Below, in pieces: positions 20,583 to 31,684 of a stretch of DNA of 64,000 nt. A program made the translations under genes and the position numbers. The notes beneath the pieces are model-generated. The model searched no databases, was not told the DNA's origin, and saw only the letters and a list, made by a program, of their open reading frames with translations. Origin of the DNA: Planctomycetota bacterium. GTDB taxonomy: Bacteria; Planctomycetota; UBA1135. The DNA is taken from contig JASFYO010000036.1 in assembly GCA_045047305.1 (NCBI GenBank), positions 1 through 64,000 of the forward strand, read 5' to 3'. Each line of letters starts with the position of its first letter. Position 1 is the first letter of the stretch.

Positions 20583-20729
20583 TTCCACCTAGGATTAGAA
20601 AGTAGAAAGACGTCGCCAACTTGGGTGGGAAGACGTAAAATCTGCGGCGTTTTCCGAGTCTTGATGTCCAATCGAGAGGGCAGGAAACATCCCTTTAGCT
20701 CCCGAACCCAAAGGCTGGAATTCGGTCTG

Positions 20730-22076
20730 ATGGCGGTCCACAAAATCAAACAGGGTCTGGATTTACCAATCCATGGTGCCCTCGAAAATCACTCACTGGT
20801 CGACGGACCCTCCGTCGACCGCGTCGCCTTGCTGCCCCAGGAATCCTGGGGGATCAAGGTTCAAATGTTGGCCCACGAGGGCGACAAGGTCCAAATCGGC
20901 AGTCCGCTCTTCCGCGATCGCCGCGACCCGGATGTGGTGTTTACCTCTCCAGGCGCAGGCACTGTGGAAGCAGTCAATCGTGGTGCGAAACGCGCTGTGC
21001 TGTCGGTGGTGGTCAAGCTAGATGGTTCCGCAGATGCGGTTTCCTTCGATAAGCTAGATCCTGGCACCTGCGATCGCGCTGCATTAGTCACCGCATTGAC
21101 GGCTTCCGGGCTATGGCCAAACTTACGTCAACGTCCGTTTGACAAGGTGGCTGTATCCGCAGAAACCCCACGCAGCATCTTCGTCACCGCGATGGACACC
21201 CAACCGCTGGCGCCTTCTCCGAAGGAAATGCTCGCAGGCCGGGAAGAAGCGTTCAAGCTCGGACTGACTGCGCTGTGCAAACTCTCTGGCGGTGCCACTT
21301 ACTTGTGCACCAAGGCCGGCGAGGACTGGGCGGAGCTTTCCGTCGACGGCGTCAGCCAAGAGCAATTCGCCGGACCGCACCCTGCAGGCAACGCGGGCGT
21401 GCACATCAACGCGTTGGATCCGGTGAATATGGAGCGCAAGGTTTGGCATATTGATTATCAAGGCGTCGCCGAAATTGGTGAGTTCTTGCTGAGCGGTGTA
21501 GTTCCAACCGAGCGTCGTGTGGCCGTGGTTGGACCTGCTGCTGAAAAATGCGCGGTTTACAAAACCCGTCGCGGAGCTACCACTTCGGCATTCACTTCGG
21601 CGTGCTCGCCAAAGGGAGTGCGCTTCGTCGCAGGCTCCTTGCTGAGTGGCGCCACGGCAGATCCAGGATCGGACAAAGGTTACCTCGGGCGTTACACCCA
21701 CCAGCTAAGCTTGGTCGACGATGCACCAGAACGCGAGTTTCTCGGTTGGGTCAAGCCTGTCGGCACTCGTTGGTCACTCACCAACACTTACTTCGCAAAG
21801 TTTGTGAAGAAGAAGTTCCGCATTGACACCGACATCAATGGTGGCGTACGGGCCATCGTTCCATTGGGTAACTACGAGAAGGTTATGCCGATGGACATTC
21901 TCCCGACTCACCTAATTAAATCACTCGCCGCCAATGATGTGGAAACGGCTGAAAAACTGGGCGCTCTGGAACTGGGCGAAGAAGATCTGGCACTTTGTCA
22001 GTACGTCTGCCCCTCCAAGATTGACATTACCGACATGTTACGTGCCATGCTGACCCGAATCGAGAAGGAGGGCTAA
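20730..22076 (+). CDS. nqrA: Na+-translocating NADH:quinone reductase subunit A
   Basis: KIKQGLDLPI, GPHPAGN, GEEDLALCQYVCPSK. Confidence 0.95.
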   Translation: MAVHKIKQGLDLPIHGALENHSLVDGPSVDRVALLPQESWGIKVQMLAHEGDKVQIGSPLFRDRRDPDVVFTSPGAGTVEAVNRGAKRAVLSVVVKLDGSADAVSFDKLDPGTCDRAALVTALTASGLWPNLRQRPFDKVAVSAETPRSIFVTAMDTQPLAPSPKEMLAGREEAFKLGLTALCKLSGGATYLCTKAGEDWAELSVDGVSQEQFAGPHPAGNAGVHINALDPVNMERKVWHIDYQGVAEIGEFLLSGVVPTERRVAVVGPAAEKCAVYKTRRGATTSAFTSACSPKGVRFVAGSLLSGATADPGSDKGYLGRYTHQLSLVDDAPEREFLGWVKPVGTRWSLTNTYFAKFVKKKFRIDTDINGGVRAIVPLGNYEKVMPMDILPTHLIKSLAANDVETAEKLGALELGEEDLALCQYVCPSKIDITDMLRAMLTRIEKEG

Positions 22077-22085
22077 GGGCAGACC

Positions 22086-22244
22086 ATGGAAAAAGTCATT
22101 CCGCGCTCCAACGGCGTTTTTGCTCACCCGCTGCGTCTACAGAACCAGCCCCTATCAAACAATAGGGGCAGAACCTGCTTCCTTGCTGGCAAGCAAAACC
22201 ACTCGCCGGCCCCCGAAAGCACTTCCTCCACGGCCTGCTCATGA
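22086..22244 (+). CDS. Possible 52-aa ORF in the nqrA-nqrB spacer
   Basis: ATG 22086 to TGA 22244, ATGA overlap with the nqrB start; no recognisable homology. Confidence 0.2.
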   Translation: MEKVIPRSNGVFAHPLRLQNQPLSNNRGRTCFLAGKQNHSPAPESTSSTACS

Positions 22245-23437
22245 AGTTCCTACGCAAAAAACTCGACGCTGTGGCGCCACTCTTTGAAAAGGGTGGCAAG
22301 TTTGAGAAGTGGTACCCGCTTTACGAAGCCGGTGACAGCTTTCTCTGGACTCCAGGGCTTCGCACCAAGTCCGGACCGCACGTCCGCGACATCATCGACC
22401 TGAAACGCATGATGAGCATGGTGGTGATCGCCCTCATGCCATGTATTTTGTGGGCGCTGTTTAACAACGGTTACCAAGCCATGCTGGCCGATTCCAGCTA
22501 CGGTTTGGCCGCCGCCGACTCCATCTCCTTCGATGTGGTGATGAAAGCTTCGTGGATTGGCTTACTCGCCTTCCTCCCACTTTACATCGTGACACTGGCG
22601 GCAGGTGGTGCGGTGGAAACCTTGTTCGCAGTGGTGCGCAAACACGAAATCAACGAGGGCTTCCTCGTCACTTCGATGTTATTCCCGCTCATCGTGCCAG
22701 TCGACATCCCACTATGGCAAGTCGCAATCGGCATCATCTTCGGTACCTTGATTGGTAAAGAGGTGTTTGGTGGAACCGGCATGAACATCCTCAACCCGGC
22801 CCTCACCGGACGTTTGTTCTTGTTCATCGCTTACCCGGCGCAAATCTCGGGTGAGGTATGGACCAAGTTGCCAAGTGATCCAAGCCTCGCGGTCGATGGT
22901 CACACTGGAGCTACGGCACTTTCTCAGTTTTACAGCCATGGTGCTGCTGCAACCGCCGACATGAATTGGATGGACTCCTTCCTCGGACTCATGCCGGGAT
23001 CTTTTGCGGAGACATCCACCCTTGCCTGCTTGATTGGCGCTGCAATCCTGATTCTTAGTGGAGTTGGAAGTTGGCGCATCATGCTCGGCAGCTTGCTCGG
23101 CATGATTGGCATGAGTTATTTACTCAACGCCTTTGCCCCCGACGAAAGCCACTACATGGCTTTGGATTGGACCTGGCACCTAGTCGTCGGCGGTTTCGCC
23201 TTCGGCACCGTGTTTATGGCCACCGACCCAGTTTCGGCGGCTCAAACCGACCGCGGTAAATGGATTTACGGAGTGCTGATTGGACTGCTCACAGTCCTGG
23301 TTCGCGTGTTAAATCCCGCGTACCCAGAAGGCATGATGCTTGCCATCATCTTCATGAACGTGTTCGCACCTACCATCGACTACTACGTGGTCAAAGCAAA
23401 CATCAAGCGTCGGGAGAAGCGCCTTGGAGTTCAGTAA
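22241..23437 (+). CDS. nqrB: Na+-NQR subunit B
   Basis: [31 protein letters not shown] site, MATDPV, YPEG. Confidence 0.96.
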   Translation: MKFLRKKLDAVAPLFEKGGKFEKWYPLYEAGDSFLWTPGLRTKSGPHVRDIIDLKRMMSMVVIALMPCILWALFNNGYQAMLADSSYGLAAADSISFDVVMKASWIGLLAFLPLYIVTLAAGGAVETLFAVVRKHEINEGFLVTSMLFPLIVPVDIPLWQVAIGIIFGTLIGKEVFGGTGMNILNPALTGRLFLFIAYPAQISGEVWTKLPSDPSLAVDGHTGATALSQFYSHGAAATADMNWMDSFLGLMPGSFAETSTLACLIGAAILILSGVGSWRIMLGSLLGMIGMSYLLNAFAPDESHYMALDWTWHLVVGGFAFGTVFMATDPVSAAQTDRGKWIYGVLIGLLTVLVRVLNPAYPEGMMLAIIFMNVFAPTIDYYVVKANIKRREKRLGVQ

Positions 23438-24188
23438 CAAATACATCATTGGCTTTGCCTTGGCATTGTGCTTGGTTTGCTCCTTGGCTGTGTCCACCAC
23501 CGCAGTGGTGCTCAAGGACAAGCAAGACGCCAACGCCCTACTCGACATGCAGAGTCAGATCTTGCGCGTCGCCGGCCTAATCGATGCCGACGCCAAACCG
23601 ACATCGGAAGAGGCCACGGCTATGTTCGCTAACATCAAAGCGCTAAAGGTCTCTCCCACTACCGGCGAGATTTTGGGCGAGATGGAGTTCAATCCAAAGA
23701 ACATCATCAAAGCCTCGAAAGACGCAAGTCTCAGTACCGCGACCACCAGTGAGGCCGCTAGAAAAGCAAGAGTCAGTCGTATTCCAAATCACCTGATGGT
23801 GCTCCAGGTCACAGACCCTGGAAATGAATGCTACGTATTCTTGCTCTGGGGCAATGGATTGTGGTCGACCCTATACGGCTACATTGCTTTGGAAGCAGAT
23901 CTCAAGACCGTGAAGGGCCTTACCTTTTACGAACAAGGAGAGACTGCTGGTTTGGGTGGCGAAATCGTCAACCCGAACTGGACTGCACAATGGCCAGGTA
24001 AAAAGGTCTTCGATGCAGATGGCAATTTGGCCTTAACTGTGACCAAGTTTGGCAAGGTCAAGAATCCAGAATCTCAGGTCGATGGCATTTCTGGAGCCAC
24101 CATTACAAGTCGCGCTGTGGGGAATACCATGCAAACTTGGCTTGGTGATGAAGCTTATGGCAAGTTCCTCAAAGCGGAGGGCAAGTGA
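23424..24188 (+). CDS. nqrC: Na+-NQR subunit C
   Basis: [30 protein letters not shown] site. Confidence 0.95.
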   Translation: MEFSNKYIIGFALALCLVCSLAVSTTAVVLKDKQDANALLDMQSQILRVAGLIDADAKPTSEEATAMFANIKALKVSPTTGEILGEMEFNPKNIIKASKDASLSTATTSEAARKARVSRIPNHLMVLQVTDPGNECYVFLLWGNGLWSTLYGYIALEADLKTVKGLTFYEQGETAGLGGEIVNPNWTAQWPGKKVFDADGNLALTVTKFGKVKNPESQVDGISGATITSRAVGNTMQTWLGDEAYGKFLKAEGK

Positions 24189-24811
24189 TGAATAAGGAAA
24201 CCAAAGACATCCTTCTGGGGCCTGTCCACCTGAAGAACCCGATTACCTTGCAAGTACTTGGTATTTGTTCGGCACTTGCGGTAACCACACAACTTCAGCC
24301 AGCATTCGTCATGAGCGCCGCCCTCATGTTCGTGTTGGTCGGCTCCAACGTGACCATCTCGTTGTTGCGCAATAAAATCCCTGGCAGCATTCGAGTCATC
24401 ACGCAACTGGCCATCATCGCTTCCTTGGTGATTCTGGCTGACCAGATCATGAAGGCCTACTTGTTCGATGTGAGTAAGCAGCTTTCGGTGTTCGTCGGTT
24501 TGATCATTACCAACTGCATTGTGATGGGCCGCGCCGAAGCCTTTGCCATGGCTAATCCACCGGCGAAAGCCGCTTTAGATGGCATCGGTAACGCGCTTGG
24601 TTATTCGGTGATCCTCATCATCGTCGGCTTCTTCCGCGAACTACTTGGCTCCGGAAAACTGCTTGGACACGTGGTCATGCCAACTGTCAATAACGGCGGC
24701 TGGTACAGCCCGAACGGCCTCATGGTGCTGTCACCGGGCGCTTTCTTCATCATTGGCCTACTCATCTGGGCGCAACGCACCTACGCCAAAGAGCTGGTGG
24801 AGGAGAACTAA
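24188..24811 (+). CDS. nqrD: Na+-NQR subunit D
   Basis: [27 protein letters not shown]. Confidence 0.96.
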   Translation: MNKETKDILLGPVHLKNPITLQVLGICSALAVTTQLQPAFVMSAALMFVLVGSNVTISLLRNKIPGSIRVITQLAIIASLVILADQIMKAYLFDVSKQLSVFVGLIITNCIVMGRAEAFAMANPPAKAALDGIGNALGYSVILIIVGFFRELLGSGKLLGHVVMPTVNNGGWYSPNGLMVLSPGAFFIIGLLIWAQRTYAKELVEEN

Positions 24812-25428
24812 TGGAACTCATCAACTTGTTCCTCAAAGCCACGTTCATCGAGAACATGGCACTCGCTTTTTTCCTCGGCATGTGTTCCTTCTTGGCCGTG
24901 TCGAAAAAGGTAGACACGGCTGTCGGCCTTGGCGTTGCTGTGATTTTCGTGCTTGCGATCACCACGCCCCTCAACAACCTCATTTACGAGTACCTGTTGA
25001 AAGAAGGAGCGCTTAGCTGGCTTCTTGGGGCTGAAAAAGCTTCGACGGTGAATTTAGAGTTCTTAACCTTCATCGTGTTCATTGCCACGATTGCTGCCAT
25101 TGTGCAGATTGTAGAAATGGCCATCGATAAGTTCTCGCCGGCTCTCTACGGATCGCTAGGCGTGTTCCTCCCCTTGATCGCTGTGAACTGTGCCATTCTT
25201 GGTGGTTCGCTATTCATGGTTCAACGTGAGTACAACCTAGTTGAAAGTACAGTTTTTGGCATTGGAGCCGGAACTGGGTTTGCTCTTGCGATTGTGGCGC
25301 TTGCCGCGATTCGTGAAAAAATGAAATACTCAAACGTCCCCCATGGCTTACGCGGCCTTGGCATCACCTTCATTACTGCTGGGCTCATGGCTATGGGTTT
25401 CATGATATTTGGAGGCATTCAGCTTTAG
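24811..25428 (+). CDS. nqrE: Na+-NQR subunit E
   Basis: [34 protein letters not shown]. Confidence 0.96.
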   Translation: MELINLFLKATFIENMALAFFLGMCSFLAVSKKVDTAVGLGVAVIFVLAITTPLNNLIYEYLLKEGALSWLLGAEKASTVNLEFLTFIVFIATIAAIVQIVEMAIDKFSPALYGSLGVFLPLIAVNCAILGGSLFMVQREYNLVESTVFGIGAGTGFALAIVALAAIREKMKYSNVPHGLRGLGITFITAGLMAMGFMIFGGIQL

Positions 25429-25444
25429 GCGCTGAGAAAGGATC

Positions 25445-26677
25445 ATGGATACCACAGTAATTTTCATGGGCGTCGGCGGCTTTACCGTCATTGTCATCGC
25501 CTTGGTTTTCATTCTGCTCGCTGCCAAATCAAAGCTGGTTTCTAGCGGAAACGTAAAGATGGTGGTCAACGGCAAAGAGGCCGACGCCTTCTCCGTCCCA
25601 GCTGGCGGTAACTTGCTCACCACCTTGGCTGAGCAAAAGATTTTCATCCCATCCGCATGTGGCGGTGGTGGCACTTGCGGCCAGTGCTTAGTGCAAATCG
25701 ATGAGGGTGGCGGCGCATTACTTCCAACCGAAGAAACACACATCAACCGCGGCATGGCGAAAGACCACTGGCGCTTGTCATGTCAGGTCAAGGTCAAGGA
25801 AGACATGAAACTGCACGTCGACGAGTCCATCTTCTCGGTCAAAAAATGGGAGTGCGATGTGGTTTCGAACCACAACGTGGCCACTTTCATCAAGGAATTT
25901 GTAGTGCAGCTCCCTGAAGGTGAGCAAATCGACTACCAATCGGGCGGTTACATCCAGATTGAAATTCCTCCGCACAAAATCCCATACACCGATTACGACA
26001 TCGAAGACGAGTACCGCGAGGACTGGGACAACTTCAAGATTTGGGAGAACACTTCCATTACCACCGACACCGTGGAGCGCGCTTATTCCATGGCTTCTTA
26101 TCCTGCGGAAGGCAACCGCATCATGCTGAATGTTCGTATTGCAACGCCTCCCCCGCGTTCCGAAGGCATTCCAACTGGCAAAGGATCAAGCTACATCTTT
26201 GACCAGAAGCCTGGCGACAAGGTGATCATATCCGGGCCATTTGGAGAGTTTTTCCTGAAGGACAATGATCGCGAAATGGTGTTCATCGGCGGTGGCGCAG
26301 GCATGGCGCCTATGCGTTCGCACCTGATGCACTTGTTCCGTACCTTGAAGACCGACAAGAAAGTGTCGTTCTGGTACGGCGCACGTTCTCTACGGGAAGC
26401 CTTCTACGTTCATGAGTTCGATGCCATCGCCGAGGATTTCCCGAACTTCGAGTGGCACCTGGCGTTGAGCGATCCATTGCCGGAAGACAACTGGAAGGGC
26501 AAAACTGGATTCATTCACCAGGTACTCATGGATAGTTACCTCAATGACCACGAAGCCCCTGAGGAATGTCAGTACTACATGTGCGGACCTCCAATGATGA
26601 ACAAAGCCTGCCAGAACATGCTGAGTGAGCTTGGCGTAGAGCCTGAAGACGTCTTCCTCGACGACTTCGGCGGTTAA
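25445..26677 (+). CDS. nqrF: Na+-NQR subunit F
   Basis: [38 protein letters not shown]. Confidence 0.97.
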   Translation: MDTTVIFMGVGGFTVIVIALVFILLAAKSKLVSSGNVKMVVNGKEADAFSVPAGGNLLTTLAEQKIFIPSACGGGGTCGQCLVQIDEGGGALLPTEETHINRGMAKDHWRLSCQVKVKEDMKLHVDESIFSVKKWECDVVSNHNVATFIKEFVVQLPEGEQIDYQSGGYIQIEIPPHKIPYTDYDIEDEYREDWDNFKIWENTSITTDTVERAYSMASYPAEGNRIMLNVRIATPPPRSEGIPTGKGSSYIFDQKPGDKVIISGPFGEFFLKDNDREMVFIGGGAGMAPMRSHLMHLFRTLKTDKKVSFWYGARSLREAFYVHEFDAIAEDFPNFEWHLALSDPLPEDNWKGKTGFIHQVLMDSYLNDHEAPEECQYYMCGPPMMNKACQNMLSELGVEPEDVFLDDFGG

Positions 26678-26716
26678 GTTTTCCTGGCCCCCACCAACAT
26701 CCGGTAACATGTCCAA

Positions 26717-27772
26717 ATGGACGGTTGCCGGATGTTTCTTTTTGGGGTTGTACTTTTATTCCCAGCGCTCAGCTGTGGGCAAAAGCCGCATACTCTGACT
26801 CTTGTAGAAGCGCCTGCGGGCATAGTTTTCCAGCTCCAAGGCGACACTATGGGTGTGCGCTGGAATGTCACCACCATGGGTGCGGACGGGGAGCTAACGA
26901 GCATCACCGAGGACTTGCAAAATGCAGTTGGGCAGGTCGATGATCATATGTCCACCTATAAGCCGGATTCAGAAATCAGTCGTTTCGGTACAGCCTCTGC
27001 GCATCAAGATTTTGCAGTTTCCGCAGACACAGCTTTTGTGGTCCAAGAAGCATTACGCATTTCCGCTCTCACCGATGGAGCTTTCGATGCCACCGTCATG
27101 CCTCTCGTCGACCTGTGGGGATTTGGTCCAGCAAAGGCCAGCGACTCCGCCCCTAGTGCAGAGCAAATTGCAGATGCCCTCAGCCGGTGCGGATATCAAA
27201 AGGTCCAACTTCCAGCCGTCCATACGCTGCGAAAATCCGTCGAAGGACTGCGCCTAGACCTCTCTGCGATTGCCAAGGGTTACGGCGTTGATGCCATGTG
27301 CGCGGCGCTCGATGCCGCCGGACACCAAAATTACTTGGTCGAAGTTGGTGGAGAGCTTCGTGTCAAAGGAGTTTCTTCCGACGGCACCCCATGGCGCATA
27401 GGTATTGACACTCCGCGCGACATGACCCTTCCCGGCACCCAACTGCAAGGCGCGATGGAAGTTGGCGACATCGCGATTGCCACTAGCGGCGATTACCGCA
27501 ACTTCCGTGAAATCGACGGTAAGCGTGTGTCGCACACCATCGACCCACGCAGCGGATATCCGGTCGACCACGGTTTGGCTTCGGTCAGCATTCTCGCCCC
27601 TACCTGCCTCGAAGCCGACGCGCTGGCGACCGCATGCATGGTGCTCGGCCCCGAGGAAGCTTTAGCGTTGATTGAACGTCTGGATAACGTGGAGATTTTC
27701 TTGTTGGTACGCGATGGTGATGGATTTCTTGAACAAAGCAGTAAGGGATTCCCAGAAATTGAAACGCTCTAA
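26717..27772 (+). CDS. apbE: FAD:protein FMN transferase ApbE
   Basis: Lipobox ALSC, DLSAIAKGYGVD, ATSGDYRNF, HTIDPR, ADALATA. Confidence 0.93.
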   Translation: MDGCRMFLFGVVLLFPALSCGQKPHTLTLVEAPAGIVFQLQGDTMGVRWNVTTMGADGELTSITEDLQNAVGQVDDHMSTYKPDSEISRFGTASAHQDFAVSADTAFVVQEALRISALTDGAFDATVMPLVDLWGFGPAKASDSAPSAEQIADALSRCGYQKVQLPAVHTLRKSVEGLRLDLSAIAKGYGVDAMCAALDAAGHQNYLVEVGGELRVKGVSSDGTPWRIGIDTPRDMTLPGTQLQGAMEVGDIAIATSGDYRNFREIDGKRVSHTIDPRSGYPVDHGLASVSILAPTCLEADALATACMVLGPEEALALIERLDNVEIFLLVRDGDGFLEQSSKGFPEIETL

Positions 27773-27781
27773 AGCACCCCT

Positions 27782-30298
27782 GTGAAAAATTCCCTCCTAT
27801 GGATTGTTGTTAGCTTCTTAGCAATCGGTGCATGGTGGGTCTGGGACTCCACTACGAAGCCTCTCGATAAAAATGCCCTGAACGAGGCTGCAGAGATTGC
27901 CCCAAGCGCGATCGAGCCTATAGCTGCTACCGAAGTCGCCCCTCCACCCACTCCAGAAAGAAGTCAGCTATCCAGCCAGCCAGTTCTGGAGACCCTCGAG
28001 GCTTCAGCCGATCAAATCCTCTTGACCGTGGTCCAGGCAAGCACGGGAGAAGCTATTCCAGACATGGAAATTCTATGGCAAGAATTCCCTCCAACGGAAC
28101 ACCTTGCTTTGGACGAGTTGGATTCCATTCTCGCGCAGTCGGGCAATCATGGACGGACGAATCAAGCAGGCCAAATTTTATTACCCAACAACGGTCTAGG
28201 CTTAGAAGTGATCGCGCAAGGCCGGGGCCGGTATGGCCATGCACGTAGATGGTGGAAAGATAAATCCGAATCCATGCAGATCAAAGCAGCCATGGATCAA
28301 ACGGTGCGCGTTTTCGTAACTCTCGCCGATGGCCGCCCGGCACAAGACGTCGTGGTGAAATACGTGCAAATCTACGGCAAAGAAATGAGTCGATCGCGGC
28401 ATTCTTCACGCACCAACGCCCAAGGGCTTGCACAGCTAGAACATTTACAAGTTTCCATGGTCGATGCAGACTCAAATCTCATGCAGGCCATCCTAGTTGG
28501 TGTTCCCACTGGAGAAACGGTTCAAGAGCTATTCCACTTGCGGGACGGACCACCCAAGGAAATTCGTTTTCAGTTGCCCGCTACGGGCTTCGTCAAGGTA
28601 GTGATGAAGCAAGCTAACGGCATCATTTTCCCAGACGGAACCTTAGTGCGGCTACAAAAGAACGGCGAGATAAGCAGCAATAATGAGTCCCTTCTTGGTT
28701 TAGACACGCGTAAAACCATTAACGGTCAAGTTCTTTTTCCGGTTGGGCTAAACCTCAACCTAGTCGCTAGCACTTATCTGCAAGAGCATCGGAGTACGCT
28801 CACTGCGTCTGGGAAAGGCCCTACCTTGCCCGGCGAAACCGTCACCTTGAACTTTCAGCAGGAGGAAGAACCCTGCTTTATTAGCGGTCGTTTTGTGCAA
28901 AAAGATGGCACGCCTATATCCAATAAACAAATAAGCGGCAATCTGGCTTCGCGCAGTATAGGCCAAGGTTTTCGCACTCAAACCGAAGCAGACGGCCACT
29001 TCAAATTGCCCATTCGCGACCGCCATTTCTCCACCGAAGACCCTTATGACGATGGCATCCCCTTCCGCATTGCACAGTTTGCCTACAAGCCCCATGCCGG
29101 AGAGATGTGGTCTGGCCAGTTGCATCTCAATCGCACCTTAATGCCGGGAGAAAACCAAGTGGGTGACATCGTCCTTGGTGCTGAACTTTTGATCTCCGGG
29201 CAGGTAGTGGATCAATATGGCAACCCTGTACCAGAAGCTTATTTAGGTGTGCGTGGCACCAGCACGGAATGGAAGACCTTCAGGGGGGATCCACTCAAAG
29301 TTAACGTTGGTGGTAGCTATTTGAATTCAGGGTCGGACGGGCGTTTTGCAATACACGGAACCGATTCCGTTTCCTTATTGCTTATCAAAGTTTTGTGTCC
29401 TGGATATGTCATGCAGGACTTCGAACGGAACCCGGGTATGGCGGACCAAACCTTGGTGGTGCAGAAAGGAGAAGCTTGGGATATCCAATTATTGCTCGAC
29501 CCTGAGATTCCAACTTCCGCTTTCAACGCAAGCCTGCATATTGATTTCGGAAATGGAAGAAGCAGCGTGCGTTCGGTCTATTTCAAACCTCAAGATGGCG
29601 TGCTCACCGCAAGGGTCGATAGCCCAGAGCCCGGCATATACACCTTCAAACTCACCAGCGCAGTTCTGCACGAAGAAATCCTTGCGATTCCGGGAGTCCA
29701 ATTCATTCCTGGTAATCCCTTAGATCCAAGGCTGAGCCCCATCGACTTACGCGGGAAAATTTTCAAACGCAGCCTGCATGTGATTGGAGCAGACGGCGAA
29801 GCTCCACCCTCCTACACTTTTGCCCCTCCGAGTCGTAGCAGAGGCGCGTTGCTGCCGAATGATTCCGAGCTCTACACCGCAATGCGGAGTTGGGAAGTTC
29901 AAGTTTGGCAAGATTCCAAAGCGCAGAAGGTCGTCATTCAACAACCTCAAACCGAGGTCTACCTGGAAAGCCCTTACCTCGTGGAAGTAGTCTTGGATCC
30001 GTTCCCGACCTTAAGGCCAGGCAGTAAATTATGGATTAACCTAACCCAACAGGAGCACTCCATCCATTCGGAACACCTTCTGAATCCAGGTGAGCCGTTG
30101 CTTTTCAAACTCCGGGCCGATGGCAAATACACTATTCACTTTAACGAGAAGTTCGCTGAAGTAGATGCGACAGGAAGCGGCAACCAAAGTCTTTGCTTCG
30201 GTCCAGAAAATCAACTGACTCTTCACGCAGAGGCACTAGCGTCTGAGAAAATAAGCAAATGGCAGTTTGATGGCAGCCAGTTGCACCCGAAAGACTAG
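27782..30298 (+). CDS. Membrane-anchored carboxypeptidase-regulatory-like (beta-sandwich repeat) protein
   Basis: N-terminal TM, STGEAIP, GQVVDQYGNPV, LLLDPEI, DPRLSPIDLRG. Confidence 0.7.
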   Translation: MKNSLLWIVVSFLAIGAWWVWDSTTKPLDKNALNEAAEIAPSAIEPIAATEVAPPPTPERSQLSSQPVLETLEASADQILLTVVQASTGEAIPDMEILWQEFPPTEHLALDELDSILAQSGNHGRTNQAGQILLPNNGLGLEVIAQGRGRYGHARRWWKDKSESMQIKAAMDQTVRVFVTLADGRPAQDVVVKYVQIYGKEMSRSRHSSRTNAQGLAQLEHLQVSMVDADSNLMQAILVGVPTGETVQELFHLRDGPPKEIRFQLPATGFVKVVMKQANGIIFPDGTLVRLQKNGEISSNNESLLGLDTRKTINGQVLFPVGLNLNLVASTYLQEHRSTLTASGKGPTLPGETVTLNFQQEEEPCFISGRFVQKDGTPISNKQISGNLASRSIGQGFRTQTEADGHFKLPIRDRHFSTEDPYDDGIPFRIAQFAYKPHAGEMWSGQLHLNRTLMPGENQVGDIVLGAELLISGQVVDQYGNPVPEAYLGVRGTSTEWKTFRGDPLKVNVGGSYLNSGSDGRFAIHGTDSVSLLLIKVLCPGYVMQDFERNPGMADQTLVVQKGEAWDIQLLLDPEIPTSAFNASLHIDFGNGRSSVRSVYFKPQDGVLTARVDSPEPGIYTFKLTSAVLHEEILAIPGVQFIPGNPLDPRLSPIDLRGKIFKRSLHVIGADGEAPPSYTFAPPSRSRGALLPNDSELYTAMRSWEVQVWQDSKAQKVVIQQPQTEVYLESPYLVEVVLDPFPTLRPGSKLWINLTQQEHSIHSEHLLNPGEPLLFKLRADGKYTIHFNEKFAEVDATGSGNQSLCFGPENQLTLHAEALASEKISKWQFDGSQLHPKD

Positions 30299-30304
30299 TC
30301 GCGA

Positions 30305-30586
30305 CTAAACCTCAAAAGCAGGTCCGCCTTCGCGCACCTTCTTGAAGTAGTCCTTGCGCTTAGGGTTGCCAAGCTCTGCAAGCAGCACCATTTCATTGCC
30401 TTCATCGGAGGCACAGATGTCTGCGTCCTTGCGTGCACACACGCAGTCGCCGAGCAAATCGGCCTCTACGGCATCGGCAGAGCCACCACAGGACTTCGCG
30501 AGCTTTTTACCGTTTACAATCACCCCAACTGCCATCGCGACAATCGCGACCGCAAACACAGCGAAGCCAAGCAGGATGGTAGTCAT
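30305..30586 (-). CDS. nqrM: Na+-NQR maturation protein NqrM (DUF539)
   Basis: Single TM, MAVGV...L..SCGG followed by a Cys-rich tail. Confidence 0.75.
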   Translation of the reverse strand: MTTILLGFAVFAVAIVAMAVGVIVNGKKLAKSCGGSADAVEADLLGDCVCARKDADICASDEGNEMVLLAELGNPKRKDYFKKVREGGPAFEV

Positions 30587-30631
30587 GGTGCTCTATTTTA
30601 GCACCATTTCAGCGTTCCTCCAGAGCAGACT

Positions 30632-30889
30632 TTAGATCTGGAATTCGTCGTCAAGGTCGAGAGCGTAGTAAGTGCCCCCATCGACCATTGGCTCAGCACG
30701 CACAAGACGGCCGCGGTATTCCTTGCCATCGATTTTTACCACCACCGAAATCCGCCCAGTGGCGCGGATCAGTAAACCATGGGAGGAAGCATTCACGGTT
30801 TCGCCCTCAAGCGAACCCGCAGCAAGCATCATCGCGGTCGGTGCAGTGTGTTCCTTGCGCTCCGAGCGCCTTCTATCGTATTCGGTCAT
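30632..30889 (-). CDS. Stand-alone PilZ domain protein
   Basis: RRRSER (RxxxR) and NASSHG (D/NxSxxG) motifs. Confidence 0.75.
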   Translation of the reverse strand: MTEYDRRRSERKEHTAPTAMMLAAGSLEGETVNASSHGLLIRATGRISVVVKIDGKEYRGRLVRAEPMVDGGTYYALDLDDEFQI

Positions 30890-30908
30890 CGTTGGTCGTT
30901 CTTAGGGG

Positions 30909-31640
30909 CTAGTTGCGGTCAGGGAACATGTAAGGGAAGATTCCCTCGATGATCATTTCCTTGCCGTCTTCGTCGATGGGATCTTCGTTCATGAAGACGT
31001 CAAACAAAGCGTAACAAACATGTAGATTTTCAATCACTGGATATTTGTGATTATTCACGATGGTATGCAGCTTGCCGCCAGTTTCCCAAATGAAAATGAT
31101 TTCATCGCCTTCATCTAATTGACCAGATGCGAAATAACCACGCAGCTGCTTCATCGCAGCCAGGCCGATATCCAAAGCCTTCTTGTCTTTGGCAATCTTC
31201 TTGATACCAGGCTCAAGGATGTCATCGAAAGCTTCGGCAACATCTTCGCCATCGACATCTCGGGCCATGACCCAACGCAGCGACTTGTTGTACTTATCCG
31301 AAAGGAACGCCTTATGGAACTTTTTATCCTTAAGTGCACGCTTCAGGCTCATGTTGCCGGCAGCTTTGCGCAAAATCGGCAATGCAGCTTCACGGTCGGC
31401 GTACCAACCAAATCCATAAACGTCCACTTGAAAGATGGTCTTCTCTCGCACGCCGGTGCCAAAAAGATGGTGACGCTGGCCGCCTAGAGAATCCAGGTCC
31501 ATCCAAATCGGGAATGGTATACCGGTTTCAGTCTCAATGACAGTAGGCGCGACTTCCTTAGCCTTCTTAGGCTCTTGGGTCTGCGCGAAAGCTGCGAGTG
31601 GCAGCAGGGCAAGCAAGGTGATGGCGATGGGTCGAAGCAT
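30909..31640 (-). CDS. Secreted chalcone-isomerase-fold protein
   Basis: Signal peptide; GTGVREKTIFQVDVY motif. Confidence 0.75.
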   Translation of the reverse strand: MLRPIAITLLALLPLAAFAQTQEPKKAKEVAPTVIETETGIPFPIWMDLDSLGGQRHHLFGTGVREKTIFQVDVYGFGWYADREAALPILRKAAGNMSLKRALKDKKFHKAFLSDKYNKSLRWVMARDVDGEDVAEAFDDILEPGIKKIAKDKKALDIGLAAMKQLRGYFASGQLDEGDEIIFIWETGGKLHTIVNNHKYPVIENLHVCYALFDVFMNEDPIDEDGKEMIIEGIFPYMFPDRN

Positions 31641-31684
31641 GGTTTTTCCTCCGCCAGCAGTATAGGTGTTCAGGCTAGGTCGCT

